Positions 16,967-25,136 of a stretch of DNA of 64,000 nt are shown in pieces. The first letter of the stretch is position 1; every line of letters starts with the position of its first letter. This DNA comes from an uncultured Dehalococcoidales bacterium (GTDB taxonomy: Bacteria > Chloroflexota > UBA6077 > FW602-bin22), in NCBI GenBank assembly GCA_964536925.1, contig CAZHZF010000010.1, positions 904 to 64,903 on the forward strand. The letters run 5' to 3'. The notes below the pieces were generated by a model. It searched no databases, was not told the DNA's origin, and saw only the letters and a list, made by a program, of their open reading frames with translations. The translations under genes and the position numbers were made by a program.

Positions 16967-17914
16967 CTACGCAGGAGAGGACGCGGCCTCGGGAGCGATC
17001 GACGCGCCAACGATCGTTGGGGAGCCACGGACGTATTCGTCCGCGGTGAGCAAGCGCCTCCCCGCCTCGCGAACACGCCCTACTTCGAGCGCCCCGCTGC
17101 CACATCCGATCCGGAGTTTCCCCGCCGTGAAACCGACCTGCCCGACCCGGAGCCCGCCCCGATCGCTGCGTGCCTCCACATCGAACAGCCCGATCTGGCG
17201 GTCGTCCCACACGGCCGTCAGTCCCGGCCACGGCTGGAGCGCGCGCCAGCGTCGCCAGATCTCGATGGCTGGCGCACGGACGTCGAGCGCGGCATCAGCG
17301 CGGGTCAGCTTACGGCTGTACGTCGCCAGACCTTCGTTCTGCATCTCGGGATGAACCGTGCCCAAAGCGAGCGCGGCGATCGTCTCGCGTAGAAGCACTG
17401 CTCCGCGCTCCGCCAGGCGACTCTGGAGTGAGTCCGCCGTATCCCTGGCATCGATCGGCTCTGGTATCCGACCGAGGATCGGACCTGAGTCCAGGCGAGC
17501 GGTGACCTGCATCACAGTGGCCCCGGTGTAGGCGTCGCCGGCGAGCAGGGCGGCCGCCACGGGTGTGGGGCCGCGATGGCGGGGTAGCAGGGATGGATGG
17601 AGATTCACGGCGCCAAACCGAGCCAGTGTCCGCACATCTCTCCCCAGAATCGCGCCGTAGGCGACGACGACGAGGACATCCGGTTCACACGCCCGCATGC
17701 GAGCGACGGCGGCGTCTCCGAGCGTCTCCGGCTGAGCGATCGGGAGGCCGTGTGCCGCCGCGACGCGCTTCACGGGAGACTCGCGAAGTGCGTTCCCGCG
17801 GCCCGCGGGTCGATCGGGCTGTGTCACCACCAGCACGATCTCGTGGCTGGCGGCCAGGAGCGTCCGCAACGCGGGCACCGCGAAATCCGGCGTGCCGAGA
17901 AAGACGATCCGCAT
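16967..17914 (-). CDS. fmt: methionyl-tRNA formyltransferase
   Basis: MRIVFLGTPDFAVP, NLHPSLLPRHRG, C-terminal Fmt domain. Confidence 0.95.
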   Translation of the reverse strand: MRIVFLGTPDFAVPALRTLLAASHEIVLVVTQPDRPAGRGNALRESPVKRVAAAHGLPIAQPETLGDAAVARMRACEPDVLVVVAYGAILGRDVRTLARFGAVNLHPSLLPRHRGPTPVAAALLAGDAYTGATVMQVTARLDSGPILGRIPEPIDARDTADSLQSRLAERGAVLLRETIAALALGTVHPEMQNEGLATYSRKLTRADAALDVRAPAIEIWRRWRALQPWPGLTAVWDDRQIGLFDVEARSDRGGLRVGQVGFTAGKLRIGCGSGALEVGRVREAGRRLLTADEYVRGSPTIVGASIAPEAASSPA

Positions 17915-17926
17915 CGCGCCCCCGGG

Positions 17927-17932
17927 TATAAT
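17927..17932 (+). promoter_or_regulatory. consensus -10 TATAAT, 14 nt upstream of the uvrC ATG
   Basis: Lies in the 32-nt fmt/uvrC divergent spacer. No Shine-Dalgarno between the box and the ATG. Confidence 0.4.
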
Positions 17933-17946
17933 CGTCTGCTCGCATT

Positions 17947-19821
17947 ATGTCGATCGCAGAGAGGCCGATCGCGAAACTCGACCCCGAGAACCTGCGCCGG
18001 CGGCTGGGCACGCTGCCCGAGAGCCCGGGCGTGTACGTGTACCGATCAGCAACCGGCGAGGTTCTCTACGTCGGCAAGGCGATCAATCTCCGCAATCGCG
18101 TCCGATCGTACTTCGCGCGATCCGGCCTTGCGCGGAAGACCCGCCAGATGGTCGCCCAGATCGTCGACTGGGAGATCTTTGTCGTCGCGACCGAACTCGA
18201 AGCACTGGTCCTCGAGTGCAATCTCATCAAGAAACATCGCCCGCGATACAACGTCCGGCTTCGCGACGACAAGAACTACCCCTACATCAAGGTCAGCGTC
18301 GACGAAGCGTGGCCGCGCGTCTTCATCACCAGGCGAATCGCACGAGACGGTGCGAAGTATTTCGGCCCCTTCACGAACTCGCGCTCCGTCTGGAAGACCC
18401 TCGATCTGCTCAACAAACTCTTCCCGTACCGGACCTGCCACATCGCGATCACGGGCAAGGACGCGCGCCCATGTCTCCAGTATCACATCCATCGCTGCCT
18501 GGGGCCGTGCATCGGCGCCGCTGACGCCGAAGAGTACCGTGCCGTCGTCGACCAGGTCGTCCTCTTCCTCGAGGGCAAGCACGACCTCATCGTGCGCCAG
18601 CTTCGGCAACGCATGGAGGAGGCCGCCACTCAGTTGCAGTTCGAACGCGCAGCCTTCGTACGCGATCAGATCCAGGCCGTCGAGCGGATCACCCAGCGCC
18701 AGCGTGTCGTTGACGCCTCGATGAAGGATCAGGATGTGATCGCATTTGCCCGAGCAAACGGCGACGCATGTGTCGAGGTGTTCTTCATTCGGGGCGGCAA
18801 ACTCGTCGGGCGCGAGGATTTCCTGCTCGAGGGGACGCGCGACGAGGACGCGCGCGACATCATGACGTCGTTCGTCACGCAGTTCTACGACTCGGCGGCG
18901 TTCATCCCGCCCGAGATCGTGCTGCAGAATGCGGTGGCCGAGGCGCAAGTCATCGAGACGTGGTTGAAGCAGCGGCGCGGTGGACTCAAAGTCGCGCTGA
19001 CGGTTCCTCGCCGTGGAAAGGTGCGGCAACTGGTCGATCTGGTCGCCTCCAACGCCTCCGAGGTCTTGAGCCAGATGCGCGCGCGCTGGCTCGCCGACGA
19101 GCAGAAGACGTCAGGCGCGCTGGTGGAACTGGCCGATCACCTGGACCTCCAGGATCCACCCAGCCGCATCGAGTGCTTCGACATCTCGACCGTTCAGGGA
19201 ACTTCCACCGTAGGGGCGATGGTGGTTTTTGAGAACGGGCAGCCGATGAACCGTGCTTATCGGCGCTTCCAGGTCAAGGGCGTGGAAGGTCAGAACGACT
19301 TCGCCTCGCTGGCGGAGGTCCTGCGGCGCCGGTTCGCGCGGGCAGGTCGCGGTGAGGTGGGGGAGGCCGATCATCCACAGCGCGCCACGTGGTCTCGGCT
19401 TCCCGACCTGTTGATCATCGATGGTGGCCGTGGACAGCTGAATGCGGCACTTGAGACCCTCCAGAAGATGGGACTGGAGCGCATCCCCACCGTAGCGCTG
19501 GCGAAGCAGAACGAGGAGATCTACACGCCGACGCTCGCCGATCCGGTCATCCTGCCCCGTGAATCGCAGGCCCTCTATCTGGTGCAGCGCATCCGGGATG
19601 AAACCCATCGATTTGCGGTGACGTATCACCGGGTCGTGCGTGCCAGGCGCTCGGTTCGGTCCGCGTTGGACGAGGTTCCGGGCGTCGGGCCGAAGCGGCG
19701 CGCGGCGCTATTGAAGCATTTCGGATCGTTGGCCGCGATCCGTCAGGCGAGCGAACAGGCGATCGCAGCGGTGAAGGGAATCGACCGGCGAACGGCCCAT
19801 CTGGTCAAGGCGACCCTCTGA
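17947..19821 (+). CDS. uvrC: excinuclease ABC subunit C
   Basis: GIY-YIG (GVYVYRSATGEVLYVGKAINLRNR), UVR motif, endonuclease V-like domain and C-terminal (HhH)2. Confidence 0.97.
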   Translation: MSIAERPIAKLDPENLRRRLGTLPESPGVYVYRSATGEVLYVGKAINLRNRVRSYFARSGLARKTRQMVAQIVDWEIFVVATELEALVLECNLIKKHRPRYNVRLRDDKNYPYIKVSVDEAWPRVFITRRIARDGAKYFGPFTNSRSVWKTLDLLNKLFPYRTCHIAITGKDARPCLQYHIHRCLGPCIGAADAEEYRAVVDQVVLFLEGKHDLIVRQLRQRMEEAATQLQFERAAFVRDQIQAVERITQRQRVVDASMKDQDVIAFARANGDACVEVFFIRGGKLVGREDFLLEGTRDEDARDIMTSFVTQFYDSAAFIPPEIVLQNAVAEAQVIETWLKQRRGGLKVALTVPRRGKVRQLVDLVASNASEVLSQMRARWLADEQKTSGALVELADHLDLQDPPSRIECFDISTVQGTSTVGAMVVFENGQPMNRAYRRFQVKGVEGQNDFASLAEVLRRRFARAGRGEVGEADHPQRATWSRLPDLLIIDGGRGQLNAALETLQKMGLERIPTVALAKQNEEIYTPTLADPVILPRESQALYLVQRIRDETHRFAVTYHRVVRARRSVRSALDEVPGVGPKRRAALLKHFGSLAAIRQASEQAIAAVKGIDRRTAHLVKATL

Positions 19822-20395
19822 GGCGCTGGATCTCTGCGGCGACGATGCGTCGCAGCTCCTCGGGTGGCCCGCCATTCTCGATGACCAGCGTTGCCCGATC
19901 CCGGTAGAACGCGTCCTCTGGCTGCGCCGCGATCCGGCGCTCCGCGTCCTGCGCGCACATGCCGCGCGAGGATGTCAGACGGGCGATGCGCGTGGTGCGC
20001 GGCGCGGTGACGACCCATACCTCGTCGCAGCGATCCGCTGCCCCGGACTCGACGAGGCGGATCGCTTCGTAAACGACGATGTCGGACTGACTCGCGGCGA
20101 TGCGCGCCTCAGCGGCCTCGCGCACGAGCGGGTGGGTCACTGCCTCGAGTCGGGCCAGATCGGCGGGATCAGCGAAGACCCGGCGCGCAAGCTCGGCACG
20201 ATCGATCTCACCGGTTTCGTCCAGGACACTGGGGCCGAACTCCGCCACGATGGCGCGCCACGCCGGGCCTCCGGATCGGCTCAGTTCGCGGTACAGGGCA
20301 TCTGCATCAATGACATCGACCCCTGCTTCACGCAGGAACGAGCCGACGGCGGATTTCCCCGAACCGATTCCCCCGGTAAGCCCGATCCGCTTCAG
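19805..20395 (-). CDS. coaE: dephospho-CoA kinase
   Basis: The track ORF starts at GTG 20248, but the in-frame upstream codons encode the P-loop KRIGLTGGIGSGKSAVG. The only plausible initiator is CTG 20395-20393, which overlaps the groEL TGA. GGGAG lies 9 nt upstream. Confidence 0.85.
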   Translation of the reverse strand: MKRIGLTGGIGSGKSAVGSFLREAGVDVIDADALYRELSRSGGPAWRAIVAEFGPSVLDETGEIDRAELARRVFADPADLARLEAVTHPLVREAAEARIAASQSDIVVYEAIRLVESGAADRCDEVWVVTAPRTTRIARLTSSRGMCAQDAERRIAAQPEDAFYRDRATLVIENGGPPEELRRIVAAEIQRLRGSP

Positions 20396-22044
20396 TAACC
20401 GAAGCTCCCTGTCCCGTCTGGCTGCATACCAATGCCGGGCCCAACCCCCGTTTCCTTGACCTCCGGTTTCTCATTCACCAGGACGTCGGTGGTCAGGATG
20501 ATTCCCGCGATGGAGATCGCATTCTCGATGACTGACCGCGTCACCTTCGCCGGGTCGATGATCCCCGCCTCGACGACATCGATGAACTCGCCCGTCACGA
20601 CGTTCCAACCGATACGCGAGGAGCCAGCATCCCACTGTCTGCGGCGCACCTCGTCGACGATGACCGACGGATCGGCGCCCGCGTTCGCGGCCAATTGCCG
20701 GAGGGGTTCCTCCAGGGCTCGCTGTACGATCCGTCCGCCGACGGCTTCGTCGCCGGTCAGCTCCAGGGCGTCGATCGCGGACTGAATCGTCAGGAGCACG
20801 ATCCCGCCTCCTGGAACGACGCCCTCCTCGATCGCCGCGCGCGTCGCGGCCAATGCGTCCTCGACGCGGAACTTCTTCTCCTTGATCTCGGTCTCAGATC
20901 CGGCGCCCACGCGAATGACACCGACGCCGCCGGAGAGTTTGCCGAGCCGCTCCTGAAGCTGCTCCCGTTCGTATTGCTGGGCCGACTCGGCGAGCATGGT
21001 GCGCAGCTGGGCGACGCGCGCCCGGATGGAGGCCTCAGTACCCAGCCCACCGACGATCGTCGTCTCATTCGCGGTGGCGCTCACCCGGCGAGCCCTCCCG
21101 AAGTCCTCGACCATGATGCTCTCGAGCTTGCGGCCCGCCTCCTCGGTCATCACCCGCCCGCCCGTCATGACCGCGATGTCCTCCAGGAGCATCCGCCTCC
21201 GGTCGCCCCAGCCCGGAGCCTTGACGGCGATCACATCGAGAGTGCCGCGCATCTTGTTCACCAGCAGCGTGGAGAGCGCCTCGCCATCCATATCCTCGGC
21301 GATGATGCAGAGAGCCTTCGTGCGGTTCATGGCCCGCTCGAGGATCGGTACCACGTCCGTGAGCTCCGACACCTTCTTGTCGGTGATCACGACCCACGGA
21401 TCCTCGACGAAGGCCTCCATGCGCTCGGAGTTGGTGACGAAGTACGGCGAGACATACCCCTTATCGAAGTTCAGTCCATCGACGAACTCGGTCTCGGTCA
21501 CAGTGCGCTGAGATGCCTCGACCGTAATCACGCCGTCTCGTCCCACGCGGTCCAGCGCGTCCGCGAGCAGATCGCCGATCATCCGATCGCCGGAGGAGAT
21601 GGCGGCGATGTGACCGATGTCGTCACGACCGACCACCGGACGCGCCACCTTCTTGATCTCGCCGACCAGCGCGATCGAGGATTTCTCCAGACCTCGCTTC
21701 AGGCGAGCCGGATTGACCCCGGCCGCGATCGCGCGCAGGCCCTCGTGGACGATGACCTGGGCCAGGAGCGTCGCCGTAGTCGTACCGTCTCCGGCAACAT
21801 CGTTCGTGCGCGTCGCCGCTTCCTTCAACATCTGCGCGCCCATGTTCTCGAACGGGTCAGCGAGTTCGATCTCCTTCGCGACCGTCACGCCATCGTGGGT
21901 CACGGTCGGAAGACCGAACTTCTTGTTGAAGGCGACGTTGCGACCCTTGGGGCCAAGCGTGGTCTTGACCGCGTCCGCCATGATGTCGACGCCCCGTTTC
22001 AGGGCGGCGCGCGCCTGATCGTCGAATCGTAGAAGCTTGGCCAA
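20392..22044 (-). CDS. groEL: chaperonin GroEL (no adjacent groES)
   Basis: 550 aa. The TTG start gives the conserved MAK... N-terminus. VAGDGTTTAT, GGGIVLL and other motifs are present. The tail ends GIGMQPDGTGSFGY rather than a GGM repeat. Confidence 0.97.
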   Translation of the reverse strand: MAKLLRFDDQARAALKRGVDIMADAVKTTLGPKGRNVAFNKKFGLPTVTHDGVTVAKEIELADPFENMGAQMLKEAATRTNDVAGDGTTTATLLAQVIVHEGLRAIAAGVNPARLKRGLEKSSIALVGEIKKVARPVVGRDDIGHIAAISSGDRMIGDLLADALDRVGRDGVITVEASQRTVTETEFVDGLNFDKGYVSPYFVTNSERMEAFVEDPWVVITDKKVSELTDVVPILERAMNRTKALCIIAEDMDGEALSTLLVNKMRGTLDVIAVKAPGWGDRRRMLLEDIAVMTGGRVMTEEAGRKLESIMVEDFGRARRVSATANETTIVGGLGTEASIRARVAQLRTMLAESAQQYEREQLQERLGKLSGGVGVIRVGAGSETEIKEKKFRVEDALAATRAAIEEGVVPGGGIVLLTIQSAIDALELTGDEAVGGRIVQRALEEPLRQLAANAGADPSVIVDEVRRRQWDAGSSRIGWNVVTGEFIDVVEAGIIDPAKVTRSVIENAISIAGIILTTDVLVNEKPEVKETGVGPGIGMQPDGTGSFGY

Positions 22045-22078
22045 TCGTCCTCCGGTGCCGATTCTACAGTGAACCTTC

Positions 22079-23164
22079 GTGCGACTGGCCGTAGACGCGA
22101 GCCGCGTGAACCTCGCACGGATGACCGGTACCGAGATCTACAGCCGCGACCTCACTGCCGCGCTGTGTCGCCGGGCCGCGGAGCATCAGGTCACGCTCTA
22201 CTGCCGCGACCCTCTTCCTGAGACCTTCGCGCCCGCCGCGTCCCGGCGGGTGATCGGCCCACGGCGACTCTGGACGCATATAGGACTCTCCGCGTCGATG
22301 GCGCGGGACCGCCCCGATGCCCTGTTCGTGCCCGCTCATGTGATCCCGCTGATCCACCCCGCCGCGGCCGTGGTCACGATCCACGATCTCGGGTACCTTG
22401 TTCACCGGGGGGCGTATCGACCGGGTGACTGGGTCTATCTGCTCCTCTCGAGTCTGTGGAATGCTCGCTCCGGTCGGCGATTCCTCGTCGATTCCCGGGC
22501 GACCGCGCGAGACGCACGGATCCACCTGGGTATTCCCCGCGAGAAGCTCGCGGTTGCCTACCCGGGCGTGCACCCGGCGTTTCGCCCCGGCCCCCCCGAG
22601 GAGCCGCCGTTCGGGCTGGAGCCTGGCTATCTGCTGTTCGTGGGGACGCTGCAACCGCGCAAGAACCTCCATCGCCTCGTGCGTGCCTATGCCACGGCGT
22701 CCCGCACGACTCCGATGCCACCTCTCGTCCTCGCTGGCGCGGCGGGACATCGAAAGGAGCGCCTGGACGCCGAGATCGCGCGGCTACAGCTCGTCGGGCG
22801 CGTCCTGACACCTGGCTACGTCGCGGATCGCGACCTGCCCGCGCTGTATCGGGGCGCGCGGGCGCTTCTCTTCGTCTCGCTCTACGAGGGCTTCGGCATC
22901 CCCGCCGCCGAGGCGATGGCATGTGGGCTACCGGTTATCGCGAGCGACAGGGGGGCACTCGCCGAGGTTGTGGCCGATGCGGGGCTGCTGGTATCGCCGA
23001 CGGATGAGGATGCGATCGCGGCGGCGATGGTGCGCGTCCAGGAAGATGTCGCCCTCCGCGACCGGATGCGGGCTGATGGGCTGAGACAGGCTCAGCGGTT
23101 CTCGTGGGACGCCGCGGCGGCGGTGTGCCTGGCGACGATCGAGGCCGCCCTCAGCGACGCCTGA
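22079..23164 (+). CDS. glycosyltransferase family 4 (GT-B, GT1 Pfam clan)
   Basis: GTG start, MRLAVDASR..., C-terminal EGFGIPAAEAMACGLPVIAS motif. Confidence 0.85.
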   Translation: MRLAVDASRVNLARMTGTEIYSRDLTAALCRRAAEHQVTLYCRDPLPETFAPAASRRVIGPRRLWTHIGLSASMARDRPDALFVPAHVIPLIHPAAAVVTIHDLGYLVHRGAYRPGDWVYLLLSSLWNARSGRRFLVDSRATARDARIHLGIPREKLAVAYPGVHPAFRPGPPEEPPFGLEPGYLLFVGTLQPRKNLHRLVRAYATASRTTPMPPLVLAGAAGHRKERLDAEIARLQLVGRVLTPGYVADRDLPALYRGARALLFVSLYEGFGIPAAEAMACGLPVIASDRGALAEVVADAGLLVSPTDEDAIAAAMVRVQEDVALRDRMRADGLRQAQRFSWDAAAAVCLATIEAALSDA

Positions 23165-24197
23165 CAGGAAGACTGCGCCATCGCGGAACCCGGGGAGGAT
23201 CGGGAAGCGACCGCGCGTCGGGCATGTCCAGGCTCGGGACGGCATCCACCGTCAGATCGTCCGAGTAGCCGGATCGGGCGATGAAACATGCCGCGGCCGC
23301 GATCATCGCAGCGTTATCGGTACAGAGCGCGGGGGACGGCGCGAGGCACGGACGCCGGGCCATCTCGCGGACGGCGGATCGCAACGCGGAGTTCGCCGCG
23401 ACACCCCCGGCGAGCAGGATCGATCTTGCTCCCAGCGCCTCCGCGGCTGCGACTGTCTTCCGGGCGAGCACCTCGACGACCGCGTCCTGAAAGGCGCGAG
23501 CGACCAGCGCGGCAGGTGGTCCCTCCTCCGCGACCAGGCGCATCACCGCGGTCTTGAGCCCACTGAAGGAGAAGTCCCAGGATCCCTGCAACCACGCCCG
23601 TGGGAGCGTGAGTCCGCAGATTCCCTCGACCGCGGCGGCGGCTTGCTCGACGACCGGTCCACCCGGGTACCCGAGATCGAGGATCCGCGCGACCTTGTCG
23701 AACGCCTCACCGGCGGCATCGTCCCGCGTCCGCCCCAGCGAGGTGAAGGAGAGATGCTTCTCCATCCAGATCAGTTCGGTATGACCACCGGAAACCACCA
23801 GGCAGACCGCCGGCAACTCCGGTTCATCCGAGCCCAACCAGTTCGCATAGATGTGTCCGACCAGATGGTTGACCCCGAGAAACGGTGCGTCCCAGGCCCA
23901 CGCCAGTGCCTTCGCGGCGCTGAGACCGACGAGGAGAGAGCCCGCCAGGCCCGGCCCGTGCGTCGCGGCCACGAGATCGATGTCGGTCGCACGCGAGTTC
24001 GATTCGGCCAGAGCGCGCTCGACCACGGGAACGATCGCCGCCACGTGCTGGCGCGACGCGACCTCAGGGACGACGCCGCCCGTGGTCTCGTGCAGCGAGA
24101 CCTGCGACGCGACAACGCTCGATCGCAGCGTTCGGCCGTCGTCGACGATCGCGGCAGCGGTCTCGTCACACGAACTCTCAATGGCGAGCACCCGCAC
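23151..24197 (-). CDS. tsaD: tRNA N6-adenosine threonylcarbamoyltransferase TsaD
   Basis: VRVLAIESSCDETAAAIV, GVNHLVGHIY, GGVAANSALR. GTG 24197 matches the usual MRVLGIETSCDET start; the track start 24287 would overlap tal. Confidence 0.93.
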   Translation of the reverse strand: MRVLAIESSCDETAAAIVDDGRTLRSSVVASQVSLHETTGGVVPEVASRQHVAAIVPVVERALAESNSRATDIDLVAATHGPGLAGSLLVGLSAAKALAWAWDAPFLGVNHLVGHIYANWLGSDEPELPAVCLVVSGGHTELIWMEKHLSFTSLGRTRDDAAGEAFDKVARILDLGYPGGPVVEQAAAAVEGICGLTLPRAWLQGSWDFSFSGLKTAVMRLVAEEGPPAALVARAFQDAVVEVLARKTVAAAEALGARSILLAGGVAANSALRSAVREMARRPCLAPSPALCTDNAAMIAAAACFIARSGYSDDLTVDAVPSLDMPDARSLPDPPRVPRWRSLPVRRR

Positions 24198-24203
24198 CGC
24201 GTC

Positions 24204-24210
24204 TAGAATA
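24204..24210. promoter_or_regulatory. shared AT-rich box: TAGAAT (plus, toward tal) / TATTCT (minus, 7 nt before the tsaD GTG)
   Basis: The only AT-rich hexamers in the 36-nt divergent spacer. tal has AGGAG 8 nt before its ATG; tsaD has no Shine-Dalgarno. Confidence 0.3.
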
Positions 24211-24233
24211 GTGGGAGGACAGGAGTCGCGTTC

Positions 24234-24926
24234 ATGAAGATCTTCCTCGACACGGCGAACGTTGTGGAGATCCGTTCTGCCGCGCAACTCGGTCTGGTTG
24301 ACGGCGTGACGACAAACCCTTCCCTCATCGCGAAGGAAGGCACGACCTTCAAAGAGCGCATCAAGGAGATCTGTTCCGTCATTTCCGGCGATGTCTCTGC
24401 CGAGACCATCGCGACGGACTGGGAAGGCATGGTGCGAGAGGGCCGCGAACTCGCGACCTGGGCACCGAACGTCGTGGTGAAGGCGCCCTGTACGCCGGAT
24501 GGCCTGCGCGCCACCCGTGTCCTGGCGGACGCCGGTATCAAGGTGAACGTGACGCTGATCTTCTCCGCGACCCAGGGCCTGCTCGCGTGCAAGAACGGCG
24601 CGTACATCATCAGCCCGTTCGTGGGCCGTCTCGATGACATCGGCCTGGACGGGATGGAACTGGTGCGCGATCTGGTCCAGTTCTGCGAGATCTACGACTT
24701 CCCCACTCAGGTGCTCGCCGCATCAATCCGCACGCCCAACCACGTGATCGCCGCCGCAAAGGCCGGAGCGCACATCGCGACTATGCCCGCGTCGGTCTTC
24801 AACACCCTGTATCGGCATCCTCTGACGGACAATGGCATGAGCCGGTTCCTCTCCGACTGGAAGACGCTTCCCGCGTACGAGGAGGCCATTTTCCCTCGCC
24901 AGCCGTCTGCGCCCACCGCCCGGTAA
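24234..24926 (+). CDS. tal: transaldolase type 3B / fructose-6-phosphate aldolase family
   Basis: 230 aa. MKIFLDTANVVEI, GVTTNPSL, Schiff-base region VVKAP. Confidence 0.92.
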   Translation: MKIFLDTANVVEIRSAAQLGLVDGVTTNPSLIAKEGTTFKERIKEICSVISGDVSAETIATDWEGMVREGRELATWAPNVVVKAPCTPDGLRATRVLADAGIKVNVTLIFSATQGLLACKNGAYIISPFVGRLDDIGLDGMELVRDLVQFCEIYDFPTQVLAASIRTPNHVIAAAKAGAHIATMPASVFNTLYRHPLTDNGMSRFLSDWKTLPAYEEAIFPRQPSAPTAR

Positions 24927-24937
24927 CTGCGAGAGCC

Positions 24938-24946
24938 TGTTACAAT
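24938..24946 (+). promoter_or_regulatory. extended -10-like TGTTACAAT
   Basis: TGn+TACAAT sits 12 nt after the tal stop and about 190 nt upstream of the PAS-protein start. Confidence 0.35.
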
Positions 24947-25136
24947 CGCGTCGTTCTGTCGAGTTGGGGAACAGATTCCTGGCAGCGGTCGATGCGGGCA
25001 GGCGCGTTCTTCGCGGCGCTCGGCGTCGACACGTCTGGCGGTGGGCTGTGAACGGGCGCGACGATCGGCGCGAGATGGCGCTCTCGCATTCCGGGGTCGG
25101 CCAGTCGCCGGATGCGGGCCGAGCAGGAGCAGCGGT

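Noticed and set aside
22045-22078. A CIRCE/HrcA operator or a groES upstream of groEL.
   Set aside because: The 34-nt spacer contains only a Shine-Dalgarno. There is no inverted repeat and no small ORF.
24198-24287. The long tsaD start at 24287, overlapping tal by 54 nt.
   Set aside because: The extra 30 residues have no TsaD homology. GTG 24197 gives the conserved (M)RVLAIESSCDET N-terminus.
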